Positions 17,740-26,296 are shown, numbered from the stretch's first letter. The stretch: DNA of 32,000 nt from Candidatus Altimarinota bacterium (GCA_041659405.1 JBAZYK010000006.1:30001-62000), one strand, 5' to 3'. The notes: a model not told the origin generated them from the sequence alone. Numbers and translations are program-made.

Positions 17740-18195
17740 TTAATTATTGCCCAAGGCAGAACTCACGCTTTCTCTTACAATTGGATCAGGTTGAACGCTT
17801 GGTGCATCAGGTTGAGAAACTTTTTTAGAAACTCCATCAAAACGTCTGGCTAATGCAAGATCAAAATTCCTTTGAAATTTTTCCATATGATCTGCAACGC
17901 GAGCTGTTTTTTTCCACTCCCAATCTGCTTTAGATAAACTGGCTGCCACAGAGTCTTTATCAAAGAGATCGGCTTCCGCATTTTTAACCTTGTCAAAAAG
18001 TCGTTGTCTTACGACCATCCGTTCAGAATCAGGGGCGGTAAGAAAAATATGTACTGCCGCACGCACAGTTTTTTCTTGCCATAAAGTTTCTAAGGTTGGA
18101 ACAGCAGAGTCGCGTGCTTCCGCAAGTATAGTGTCAAAGTCAGCCTCGAGCTCTTGTAAAGTTAAAGGTGTGTTCTCAGTAGCGGAATTTTCCAT
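17740..18195 (-). CDS. hypothetical protein (151 aa)
   Basis: ATG-initiated ORF (MENSATENTPLTLQELEADF...), acidic and helical-looking, with no motif recognised. Confidence 0.55.
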   Translation of the reverse strand: MENSATENTPLTLQELEADFDTILAEARDSAVPTLETLWQEKTVRAAVHIFLTAPDSERMVVRQRLFDKVKNAEADLFDKDSVAASLSKADWEWKKTARVADHMEKFQRNFDLALARRFDGVSKKVSQPDAPSVQPDPIVRESVSSALGNN

Positions 18196-18387
18196 AAAGT
18201 TTTTTGTTATTTGTTAAAAATACAAACATATTATACCACGCTTACGATACGGAGGCAAATCAACGCTCACAGATAAGATTGGCAAAAACTCATTGTCGGA
18301 ATTCATCGTTTTTTACTAATGGTTGATACACATAATCAGCTATACTCAAAGAGCCAACTCATTTTATGATTCTTTAAAAAATAACTC

Positions 18388-19302
18388 ATGGATAAAAACA
18401 AAAAAATCATCGTGGCTATTTTGCTATTATTGCTTATCGCGGCAGCCGTTCTTTATTATGTATTTACCTCTAAAAATATGAAAACAACCGATGCCTATCA
18501 ATCTGACGCTTATGTAACTGTTAATTTATCGTCTCACAAAATAAAATATAGTTTTCTGGTTAATGGAATCGAGATTGAAGAAGCCAAAAGCGACGCAAAT
18601 GACAATGCTACCAGCGCACCAATCAACAAATATGTTAAAAATGGAACCAATCTCATCAACATCAAAATTAAAAATGTGGATAATAGCAGTAGCGACGCCA
18701 GCTTTCATGTGGAAATTGTGGAATACAAGAAGGGCGATATTGTTGTAAGCGGTGGAGGTTCTGCTAATTCAAACGCTTTTGTTCAATATGATTGGAAAGA
18801 AGGCGATACCGAAATAAACAAGGAGTTTACTTTACCGCAACCAGCAGCAACTACAGGGTCAACGCCCCCAACGACCTCAACAACTTCCACATCTCCAGTA
18901 GCTTCATCAACTCAAACATTACCAGAAACTTCCGCGACTCCAACAGAATCCACAACCCAAACGGTATCAAACACTCCTGCACCCACACAAGATGTTTCTA
19001 AAACAGAATCCACGCCCTCATCCACCCCAAATCCACCCGCAACCGCGCCAGCAGAACCAGGCAACGAAGGTTTGGCCTATCCCGGTTATGCCATAAAATA
19101 CGACACCAATAAATACGATGAAAACGTTCTCAATGTCCAAAAAAGATTGATTTATTTAGGTTATACATTAAAAACCGATGGCTATTTTGGGCCACAAACC
19201 CTTAACGCGATCAAAGAATTCCAAAAAGATTATGAACTCTACCAAACCGGTATTTTAGACGAACAAAACTGGATCATACTTTTTAATGGAATTAAACATT
19301 GA
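18388..19302 (+). CDS. membrane-anchored protein with a C-terminal peptidoglycan-binding (PG_binding_1-like) domain
   Basis: N-terminal TM segment (IIVAILLLLLIAAAVLYYVF), a T/S/P-rich linker, and a C-terminal VLNVQKRLIYLGYTLKTDGYFGPQTLNAIKEFQKDYEL typical of the PG-binding repeat. Confidence 0.75.
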   Translation: MDKNKKIIVAILLLLLIAAAVLYYVFTSKNMKTTDAYQSDAYVTVNLSSHKIKYSFLVNGIEIEEAKSDANDNATSAPINKYVKNGTNLINIKIKNVDNSSSDASFHVEIVEYKKGDIVVSGGGSANSNAFVQYDWKEGDTEINKEFTLPQPAATTGSTPPTTSTTSTSPVASSTQTLPETSATPTESTTQTVSNTPAPTQDVSKTESTPSSTPNPPATAPAEPGNEGLAYPGYAIKYDTNKYDENVLNVQKRLIYLGYTLKTDGYFGPQTLNAIKEFQKDYELYQTGILDEQNWIILFNGIKH

Positions 19303-19425
19303 AAAGAATTTGCAAACCGAAATGGCTTGTATTAGCCAAAATCCAGCCATTATCGCCGTCCCATCCCAAAAATTCAAGTCAGACCAGATTTTTTCAAATC
19401 GCGCAACTTACAAAAAGAGCTCCAC

Positions 19426-19451
19426 GCCGGGAGCTCTTTTCTTGGGACTTC
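19426..19451 (+). terminator. rho-independent terminator-like hairpin
   Basis: agagctcc (19426-19433) pairs with ggagctct (19440-19447) across a 6-nt loop, followed by tttc. It lies about 120 nt downstream of the stop at 19302. Confidence 0.5.
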
Positions 19452-19468
19452 CACCAATAGGGTTGGTA
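19451..19468 (+). repeat. 18-nt ccaccaatagggttggta, copy 2 (Rep-3 module)
   Basis: Identical to 17689-17706. The downstream similarity continues (tattNtac ... ataaacaat). Confidence 0.7.
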
Positions 19469-19587
19469 GTCCTATTATACCAATAAAAAAGCCGAATGAT
19501 AAACAATTTGTCTTATTTAATGATTATTTCAGATTTGGTTTAATTTTTTTTAATCTCTTTCATATATTCTGCGAAAGCTGATGGGGT

Positions 19588-19659
19588 GGGGCCGGGATTG
19601 GATCCGCCAATAGGGTTGGTACCTATTTGGCCGGGGTTCGATTCCCCGCGGCTCCACCA
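19588..19659 (+). ncRNA. 72-nt tRNA-like element resembling the tRNA-like domain of tmRNA (no mRNA-like domain)
   Basis: The 7-bp acceptor stem pairs GGGGCCG (19588-19594) with CGGCUCC (19649-19655) and includes a G3:U70 wobble. The discriminator is A and CCA is encoded (19657-19659). The T-arm is CGGGG-UUCGAUU-CCCCG (19632-19648). The 5' segment GGGGCCGGGAUUGGAUCCGCC resembles the tmRNA 5' consensus GGGGCUGAUUCUGGAUUCGAC. The central arm is 8-9 bp (CCAAUAGG / CCUAUUUGG) capped by the 7-nt loop GUUGGUA. The D-arm is too short for a canonical tRNA and position 8 is G. Confidence 0.5.
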
Positions 19660-19701
19660 CCATCGGCGTAAAAAATATTAGCCAACTGTATGTCGGCAAA
19701 T

Positions 19702-19729
19702 TTGACTTTTTTAAAAAACCAACTATAAT
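19702..19729 (+). promoter_or_regulatory. sigma70-like promoter (TTGACT-16 nt-TATAAT)
   Basis: ttgact at 19702-19707 and tataat at 19724-19729, 41 nt upstream of the ATG at 19770. Confidence 0.45.
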
Positions 19730-19769
19730 ACAACCTTCAAGTAAATTTTAATAAGCTAATTTTTCTATT

Positions 19770-20117
19770 ATGAAAACATCAGGATTTAATAACTCACATC
19801 TTGCTCTTGCGTTAGCGGGTGCACTTGCAGTTGGTGCTGTAGGGGGATTAGAATTTATTGCAAAACCGGCTCTGCAAGCTGCAGAAAAGGCGCAGAAAAA
19901 TTTAGATGAAGTAACAAAAATAGCCAAATTAGCAAAATCGAATCTGGAGCAAGCCATACAACAAAGAGATGAAGCTCAAACAGTAGCGGATAGTTGCGCA
20001 TCAGGAAAAACAGTAATGATCAACGCAAACAAAGAACTCCGTAACACAATTTGTAAAACACTTGCAGCCGGTCACCCGGAAATAGTTCAACAAACAATGT
20101 GTAAACCGGAAAAATAA
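19770..20117 (+). CDS. small exported or membrane-anchored protein (115 aa), hypothetical
   Basis: N-terminal hydrophobic segment HLALALAGALAVGAVGGL, then a coiled-coil-like region and 3 Cys. It has its own promoter. Confidence 0.55.
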   Translation: MKTSGFNNSHLALALAGALAVGAVGGLEFIAKPALQAAEKAQKNLDEVTKIAKLAKSNLEQAIQQRDEAQTVADSCASGKTVMINANKELRNTICKTLAAGHPEIVQQTMCKPEK

Positions 20118-20118
20118 C

Positions 20119-21690
20119 CTACCCCAAACTCTTTCTAATCTTCGCCGCTTTTTCCAGCTCGTCGCTAAAATCTTCGCCAACTTTGGAGTGGAGGTAAATT
20201 GATGAAACCAGATTGCGGTGAATAAAATGGTGCGTTTTGTGCGGACCCAGGACGACCGGCGCCGAAACATTTTCGCCGCCCGAAGCCACTTTTCCGCCCT
20301 CCGCCTTCCGCCCCAAAAACTCTTCCACAAACTTAACATCATCGCGAATATCTTTAAACGCGGGATATTCATCCGCCAAAAAGTCCAAATTTTCTTTATT
20401 GAGATATTTCCCGGCATGCACCAAATCCGCTTCCAGATTTAAATAATTATCACGCACCAATTTACTAAGCCCCAACTTTTCCGCTTCACGCAGGCCTCTT
20501 CCTGTACCAATAAATTCCGGCGGAACTCCGAGTGAATACAAAACCGCCGTAAAATTAATCGCGCGTGGCAGACTAACTTTTCCAACTCCGCGGGAATATC
20601 CAAACAAACCAATATGCTGTAAACGCTCACGACGCTGCGGAATTTGGGCTGAAATTTTATTGATTAAAGGCGCAATCGCTTCAATAGTTGGTCGATAAAA
20701 TCCTGCAAAAATTTCGTTCAGTTTTTTTATTTGCGTAATTTCTTCATCACTCAAAATTTTCGGCTGCAATTTTGGCAGCTCTTCATGAATCACAGCAATC
20801 GCCGCTTTGACCTTATCCAAGTCATAATCATACCTAAAAGCCGACTGCAAAGTAATCGTTCTAATGCCCGCAAATTCCTTAATTGTTTCTTTGATGTTAT
20901 CCGGATTTACGCCTCCACGAAAAGGCAAAGATCCCGTTCCAATAATCGGATAAAACGGAATTTCAAACTCCTTGGACAAACGATCAAACAAAGTCAGCGC
21001 CACCTTTGTCGCCAAAACCGCCGGAACAAGACCCGCATTAAGCGCCGGATCAGACCTGGCAATAAATGGCCTAAGATAGTGCAATTTCTTACCATATTCT
21101 TTTTGATACAAATCAAAATATTCGCGCAAAACCTTATCCACCGAAGTCAGATCGCCAATTTCTTCAAACAACGGAATCACATTAAAATTTTCAAAATCTT
21201 CATCTTTTCCACCAAAAATTTCATTCTTGATTTTCACCGTTCCCCAAAACGTTTTATGCACATGCATAAGCTGTTCCGCAGTTTTGGTCATCGGCAAAAT
21301 CACCTCAAAAATTGGTGGACGATGCATTTCCATGGATTGCGCCAAATCATTGGCCGTCAAAATACTCATAAATGCCCGCGCCAAGCGGTATCCGCGCTCT
21401 TCCCACACATTCGGAATTCTAAACGTCAAAAAAATATCACGCCCCAAAGCATGCTCGGTAAAATATTTCTGATACTTCTGAAAAAGCCGATCAATCACAG
21501 CCTCATCCACAAATTTGCCTTCCCAATCCCACATATATTCCTGCATGCCAAGCTCCTCAAAAACACGATAACTTTCCTCGATTTCATCCGCGGTATTGAT
21601 GAACTTTTTCCCACACCAATAAGCCTCCGAAGCATTATCGGGGTGCTGCGTAGCCATGGTGATGGGAATATTCCTAAAAAAATCTGCCAA
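20119..21690 (-). CDS. ppcA: archaeal-type phosphoenolpyruvate carboxylase (PepcA family)
   Basis: N-terminal MATQHPDNA motif. Its length of about 520 aa is characteristic of the archaeal-type enzyme, whereas bacterial Ppc exceeds 870 aa. The ORF track start at 21690 is TTG; an alternative ATG lies at 21657. Confidence 0.85.
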   Translation of the reverse strand: MADFFRNIPITMATQHPDNASEAYWCGKKFINTADEIEESYRVFEELGMQEYMWDWEGKFVDEAVIDRLFQKYQKYFTEHALGRDIFLTFRIPNVWEERGYRLARAFMSILTANDLAQSMEMHRPPIFEVILPMTKTAEQLMHVHKTFWGTVKIKNEIFGGKDEDFENFNVIPLFEEIGDLTSVDKVLREYFDLYQKEYGKKLHYLRPFIARSDPALNAGLVPAVLATKVALTLFDRLSKEFEIPFYPIIGTGSLPFRGGVNPDNIKETIKEFAGIRTITLQSAFRYDYDLDKVKAAIAVIHEELPKLQPKILSDEEITQIKKLNEIFAGFYRPTIEAIAPLINKISAQIPQRRERLQHIGLFGYSRGVGKVSLPRAINFTAVLYSLGVPPEFIGTGRGLREAEKLGLSKLVRDNYLNLEADLVHAGKYLNKENLDFLADEYPAFKDIRDDVKFVEEFLGRKAEGGKVASGGENVSAPVVLGPHKTHHFIHRNLVSSIYLHSKVGEDFSDELEKAAKIRKSLG

Positions 21691-21753
21691 GCTTCTTAAA
21701 GATAAAAATTTAAATCACTCCCCTACCTCCCCCCAAAAAAAAATTCTTAATTA

Positions 21754-22305
21754 CTAATTACCGGCATCCCCGGTCGTAACTTCCTGACCATATTTTTTGG
21801 CAGTTTGAGCCTGCACATTATCAAAATTCACCAAAGCGTCATTTTCCTGCTTACTAAAATCATCAACCGCAGCCATTAAACTCTGCACCGCCAATGAATC
21901 TTTTGACTCACTTTGCAAATTACGCAAAGACGCAATCAAAATATTTAAACCGGTAACTTCAACATCAAAAAATCTCTTCATGGAAGCCGCTAAATCCTCG
22001 CCACCTTTTGGTACCTGCAACGCTTTAAATTGATCATTAGTCTGTTGAACATCGCTTAAAACCTTCACCAATTCATCTGCCGCTTTTATCGGATCAAGCT
22101 GTTCTGTACTCAAAAATTTAGAGGTATCCTGAGCCCTTTGCAGCATTTTCTGCTGAATATCCACAATTTGATTATTGTAAGCCCGAACATTGGCAATTTC
22201 ATCGTTTTTAGAGCATCCCACAGCCAAAAAAGTCACCGCCAACAAGATAACGATTAAGCCTGCACGCAAACGTGCTTGTCCCAAAATGCGAAAAGATTTT
22301 TTCAT
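21754..22305 (-). CDS. putative lipoprotein (183 aa), hypothetical
   Basis: Signal peptide with lipobox-like FLAVG|C (MKKSFRILGQARLRAGLIVILLAVTFLAVGCSKN). The remainder is a helical Q/D/L-rich region. Confidence 0.7.
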   Translation of the reverse strand: MKKSFRILGQARLRAGLIVILLAVTFLAVGCSKNDEIANVRAYNNQIVDIQQKMLQRAQDTSKFLSTEQLDPIKAADELVKVLSDVQQTNDQFKALQVPKGGEDLAASMKRFFDVEVTGLNILIASLRNLQSESKDSLAVQSLMAAVDDFSKQENDALVNFDNVQAQTAKKYGQEVTTGDAGN

Positions 22306-22413
22306 CCCGGTAAATTAAAAAATACGCCCCTATTCTACGAACAAAGCCCCCAAAGCGCAAGAAAGTTGCAGGTTTACCCTTATTTAGGAAGTTCTAAAAG
22401 TTCCTTAATTAAT

Positions 22414-23478
22414 TTATATTTTTACGTACCTTGTGCCTCGACCACGTCCGATACGTTTGACCTTTCCGATCTCTATCAGGCGATCCAGTGCTTGGCTAAC
22501 CGTGACAGGTACAATACCAGTCGCTCTGGCTATGTCGCCCGGGGCGGCCTCGCCAACACTAGAGAGATATTTCCAAACCTCGAACTGCTTGGGAGAAAGC
22601 GTGTCCTCGACCTTCTCCTCTTCCAGATACGAGAGGGCTTTTGCAGCTTGCTCTTTGACAACAGACAAAAAGAAATTGAGCCACGGCGAAATTGTGTCGT
22701 GATCAGTCTTGAATGTCTCCTGCGATTTGCGGAGTGCGATATAGTATTCATCTTTGCGGCGCTCGACGATCTGCTCATGCGAGACATACTGTATAAATTG
22801 ATAGCTGGAGCGGAGCAGTAAAAGATTTGTGAGCACGCGCGAAAGACGCCCATTGCCATCTTCAAATGGGTGGATTTTCAAAAACTCAACAATAAAGTTT
22901 GCGATGATAAGCAAAGGATGGAAGCGGTTCTTCTCAAACGCATCAACCGTCCAGTCAACAAGCTCCTGCATTTCTTTTGCAGTAAGATATGCAGGAGTCG
23001 TCTCAAACATGATCCGTGCGACTTTGCCATCCGGTCCCAGTATGCCGACAGTGTTCTCTTTCTTTTTATAGCCACCACGATGCGTGTCATCTTTGTAAGA
23101 ATATTTGAGAAGCTGATTGTGGAGTGACGTGATCACGCTCTCCTGAAGTGGTAGAGTTTGGTAGCTGTCGAACACGTTCTGAAGCACTTCGAGATATCCC
23201 TGAACTTCCTGTGAATCACGGTCTGCGAATTTTGAGATCGCAAGCCCCTGCATGACCTTCTCGACTTCTTCATCGTTTAGTTTTCCACCCTCGATACGAG
23301 TGGAAGCACCGGCAGAGGTGATAAGCGTCGACTTCCGGAGATTAGTAATTGCCTGCGGAGTCATTCGCAGACCTGATTTGAACTCACCCCGAATACCATC
23401 GATCTCTGCCAAGAGAGTGACGATGTGCGGTTCGAGATGCGCGATCCTGTGATCGAATTTTTGCGTGATGTCGTTCAT
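22414..23478 (-). CDS. fic: Fic/DOC family protein (AMPylase-type) with N-terminal inhibitory motif and C-terminal winged-helix domain
   Basis: The Fic motif HPFEDGNGRLSR is encoded at 22837-22872. The (S/T)xxxE(G/N) inhibitory-helix motif STRIEG is encoded at 23287-23304. The C-terminal LSSVGEAAPGDIARATGIVPVTVSQALDRLIEIGKVKRIG looks like a wHTH. G+C is visibly higher than in the neighbouring genes. Confidence 0.9.
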   Translation of the reverse strand: MNDITQKFDHRIAHLEPHIVTLLAEIDGIRGEFKSGLRMTPQAITNLRKSTLITSAGASTRIEGGKLNDEEVEKVMQGLAISKFADRDSQEVQGYLEVLQNVFDSYQTLPLQESVITSLHNQLLKYSYKDDTHRGGYKKKENTVGILGPDGKVARIMFETTPAYLTAKEMQELVDWTVDAFEKNRFHPLLIIANFIVEFLKIHPFEDGNGRLSRVLTNLLLLRSSYQFIQYVSHEQIVERRKDEYYIALRKSQETFKTDHDTISPWLNFFLSVVKEQAAKALSYLEEEKVEDTLSPKQFEVWKYLSSVGEAAPGDIARATGIVPVTVSQALDRLIEIGKVKRIGRGRGTRYVKI

Positions 23479-23592
23479 AATTTAACGATATATGTTATAT
23501 ATGAGATTATACTGGATTATATCAACAAATACAAGATGACCAAGGTCGGAACTGACGTTGATTGATCCCACAAATTCTGAACTTTTAGGTTA

Positions 23593-23621
23593 TTGCTCAA
23601 ACCGCCATTTTTTGGTATAAT
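23593..23621 (+). promoter_or_regulatory. sigma70-like promoter (TTGCTC-17 nt-TGgTATAAT)
   Basis: ttgctc at 23593-23598 and tataat at 23616-23621, preceded by tgg. It lies 40 nt upstream of the ATG at 23661. Confidence 0.45.
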
Positions 23622-23660
23622 GTAAAGAAAAATTCGTGCAAACCAACCTAAAACAAAATT

Positions 23661-24638
23661 ATGGCCAATAGTGTAGCTCCAACAGTAAATATTGACGGTT
23701 CAGTCACAAGTAGTAGTGGCAATTTGAATTTTGACACATTGGTGCCCCAAATTTTGTGGAAGTTTATTGATGTACTTGAAGGCGCAGCGATCATTGCGCT
23801 TGGCGTTTTTCTGATTCGCTACATGCACAAATATTTTCAGAAGGTCGAAACAACGCACGAAGATCAGCGCACAGCCGTTAATCTTTTGGAAAAAATCACC
23901 TCCGGTTTCATTCTGGTTATTACCGTAACCATTGCCCTAAAACTGGTTGGAATTGATATGACTTTACTGGTTAGTGTGGCGATTTTAGGCTTGAGTTACG
24001 GCTTGCAGGACATCATCAAAAACTACGTTGCCGGTATTTTGATTCTTTTTAAATCCCCTTTCAAAATTGGCGAAACCGTTAAAATTCGCGAACACACGGG
24101 CAAAATTCACAAGATCGATTTCCAGTCCACAACCTTGAAAACTTTCGATAACAAACTCATCACCATTTACAACAGTGACGTGATGACTCAATCGATTGTA
24201 AATTTTTCCAACAACACCATGCGCAGAATTGATTTTGATGTTTTGCTTGGCTATGGAACCGATATTCCAAAAGCACTCAAGATTTTTGAAACCATCCTTC
24301 AAAATGACACTAAAATTCTTAAAAACCCCGGTTATTCGGTTATATTCAAAAAATTCACAGACACAGCGTGCATTTTCAATGTCAAATTTTGGGTTCAAAC
24401 CCCTTGTAATATTTTAAAGATTCGCTCCGAAATCGCGCTTCAAATAAGCCAAAGCTTTGACGAACAAAAAGTCTACATGCCTTACGAGAAAACGATTCAA
24501 ACCGAAACCGATTACACCCTTACCGACGAACGCAAAAAGCGCAATGAAGGATTCTATCAAAGCTCAATGTTTAGCACTCCGGAGGTAACTCAACCCCAAC
24601 TAGAAGTTCAGTTTGAGGATGCGGATGAACCGGAATAG
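23661..24638 (+). CDS. mechanosensitive ion channel, MscS family
   Basis: TM helices followed by GLQDIIKNYVAGILILFKSPFKIGETVKI...GKIHKIDFQSTTLKTFDNKLITIYNSDVM, the MscS pore-helix/beta-domain signature. Confidence 0.88.
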   Translation: MANSVAPTVNIDGSVTSSSGNLNFDTLVPQILWKFIDVLEGAAIIALGVFLIRYMHKYFQKVETTHEDQRTAVNLLEKITSGFILVITVTIALKLVGIDMTLLVSVAILGLSYGLQDIIKNYVAGILILFKSPFKIGETVKIREHTGKIHKIDFQSTTLKTFDNKLITIYNSDVMTQSIVNFSNNTMRRIDFDVLLGYGTDIPKALKIFETILQNDTKILKNPGYSVIFKKFTDTACIFNVKFWVQTPCNILKIRSEIALQISQSFDEQKVYMPYEKTIQTETDYTLTDERKKRNEGFYQSSMFSTPEVTQPQLEVQFEDADEPE

Positions 24639-24732
24639 TACGAAAATAGCTAACTTCAAGTCCAAGTAAATTAACAATTCCTTTTTCAGAATAAAGCAGT
24701 AGAATAAAGGCGAATTTATTAATTCTCCTTCC

Positions 24733-26226
24733 ATGCAAACCCGCCTAGAAAAAGATGCCATTGGGCCAATTCAAGTTCCGGTGGACGCTTATTACGGTTC
24801 TTTCACCACACGCGCACTCGCAAATTTTCAGATCACCGGAATTCGCGCGCCGGAAGAAGTAAAAATTGCTTACGGACTTATTAAAAAGTCAGCGGCTATG
24901 ACCAACGCGGAACTTGGCGAGCTTGAGCCAAAATTAGCCAAAGCCATAATTCAGGCCTGCGACGAATTTATTGCCGGAAAGTTTGATGACCAGTTTACTT
25001 TGGATGTTTTTCAGGCCGGAGCCGGAACGCCTTTCAACATGAACACCAACGAAGTTGTCGCCAATCGCGCCAACGAAATTTTAGCCAAAGAGGGATATAC
25101 ACTTGATGGCACAAAAATCAGTGGCACAAAGGGATCATACAAGCCTGTGACTCCAAATAATCACGTTAATTGGGCTCAATCTTCCAACGATGTCACACCA
25201 ACCGCAATCCGCCTTGCTGCGCTATTACGCCTGCGCAAACTGTTGCCGGAAGTGCAAAAACTCCGCGACTCACTTATGAAAAAAGCCAAAGCTTTCAGCA
25301 AAATTCTTAAAGTTGGCCGCACTCACATTCAGGACGCCGTCCCAATTACACTTGGTCAGGAGTTTGAGGCTTACAGCTCAGCAATCAACCACTGCCTGGA
25401 ATATTTAAAAGAATCCTTCAACCATCTTAACGAACTTGGGATTGGCGCAACCGCACTTGGAACCGGCATTACCACTCACCCAAAATATCGCTCACTGATG
25501 GTCAAAAACCTTAGCCAACTCACCGGACTCAAACTAAAACCAACCAAAAATCCCATGGAATTAACCCACGGAATGAACGCCTTCACGCAGGCTTCCAACG
25601 GCTTACGTGTGCTTGCAAACGACCTTATCCGCATTGCCAATGATTTCAAATTATTAGCTTCCGGACCCGTTGCCGGCATCAACGAAATCACTTTGCCGGA
25701 TGTTGAACCGGGCTCTTCCATCATGCCCGGAAAGGTAAATCCTTCCGTCCCAGAAGCCATGAACATGATCGGTTTTCAGGTGATCGGCAACGACACAGTC
25801 ATCAATTTGGCCGTTCAAGGCAGCCAATTGGAGCTCAACGTCATGACTCCCGTAATTATGTACAATTTGATGTGGTCGATGGAGCTTTTGATCAACGGCA
25901 CCAACATGTTCCGCGTTTTTTGTGTTGATCAAGTCAAAGCCAACGAAAAACGCTGCAAAGAATTGCTGGAAAAAAGCCTCTGCCTGGCCACCGGCCTTTC
26001 GCCTTATCTTGGCTACAAAGTCACCGCGCTGCTTGTGGGAGAAGCTCTAAAGAAAGGACAAACCTTAATCGATACCGTCGCCAGCCACAATTTTATGTCC
26101 AAACAAGAATTGGAGAGCATTTTAGTCCCTGCCAAACTCACCAAACCGGCCCTGACCGACAAAACACTCGCAACCAAAATCAAAGCGAACAAGAATTATC
26201 AGGCATTTCTTAAAAATATTGCCTAA
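24733..26226 (+). CDS. aspA: class II fumarase/aspartase family lyase, aspartate ammonia-lyase-like
   Basis: The signature is GSSIMPGKVNP. VPVDAYYG, QDAVPITLGQEF, VPEAMNMIGFQVIGND and LNVMTPVI resemble E. coli AspA more than FumC, as recalled from memory. There is an insertion around KEGYTLDGTKISGTKGSYKP. Confidence 0.85.
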   Translation: MQTRLEKDAIGPIQVPVDAYYGSFTTRALANFQITGIRAPEEVKIAYGLIKKSAAMTNAELGELEPKLAKAIIQACDEFIAGKFDDQFTLDVFQAGAGTPFNMNTNEVVANRANEILAKEGYTLDGTKISGTKGSYKPVTPNNHVNWAQSSNDVTPTAIRLAALLRLRKLLPEVQKLRDSLMKKAKAFSKILKVGRTHIQDAVPITLGQEFEAYSSAINHCLEYLKESFNHLNELGIGATALGTGITTHPKYRSLMVKNLSQLTGLKLKPTKNPMELTHGMNAFTQASNGLRVLANDLIRIANDFKLLASGPVAGINEITLPDVEPGSSIMPGKVNPSVPEAMNMIGFQVIGNDTVINLAVQGSQLELNVMTPVIMYNLMWSMELLINGTNMFRVFCVDQVKANEKRCKELLEKSLCLATGLSPYLGYKVTALLVGEALKKGQTLIDTVASHNFMSKQELESILVPAKLTKPALTDKTLATKIKANKNYQAFLKNIA

Positions 26227-26296
26227 AATCAAGACTTCTTCTTGACTTATCGGCCCTTTACCGCTTAAATATTGAGGCTTTAACTTTAAATTTAGT

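Noticed and set aside
19300-19660. A standard one-piece tmRNA (ssrA) ending at the CCA at 19659.
   Set aside because: The only GGGG 5' end that pairs with the 3' acceptor strand lies 72 nt upstream. No tag ORF or pseudoknot region is visible. It is therefore reported only as a tmRNA-TLD-like element.
20731-21699. A 322-aa ORF on the plus strand, antisense to the PEP carboxylase gene.
   Set aside because: The minus-strand product resembles PepcA along its whole length. The antisense translation is low-complexity (R/K/I/F/N-rich) with no motif. Long antisense ORFs commonly arise from codon bias.
22276-22821. A 181-aa plus-strand ORF overlapping the Fic gene's 3' half.
   Set aside because: It is antisense to a gene with intact Fic and wHTH motifs. 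It starts in the neighbouring lipoprotein gene and has no motifs.
22388-23590. A 10-bp inverted repeat (ctaaaagttc / gaacttttag) flanking the Fic gene, as possible element ends.
   Set aside because: It is too short to distinguish from chance in AT-rich spacers, and there is no further similarity.
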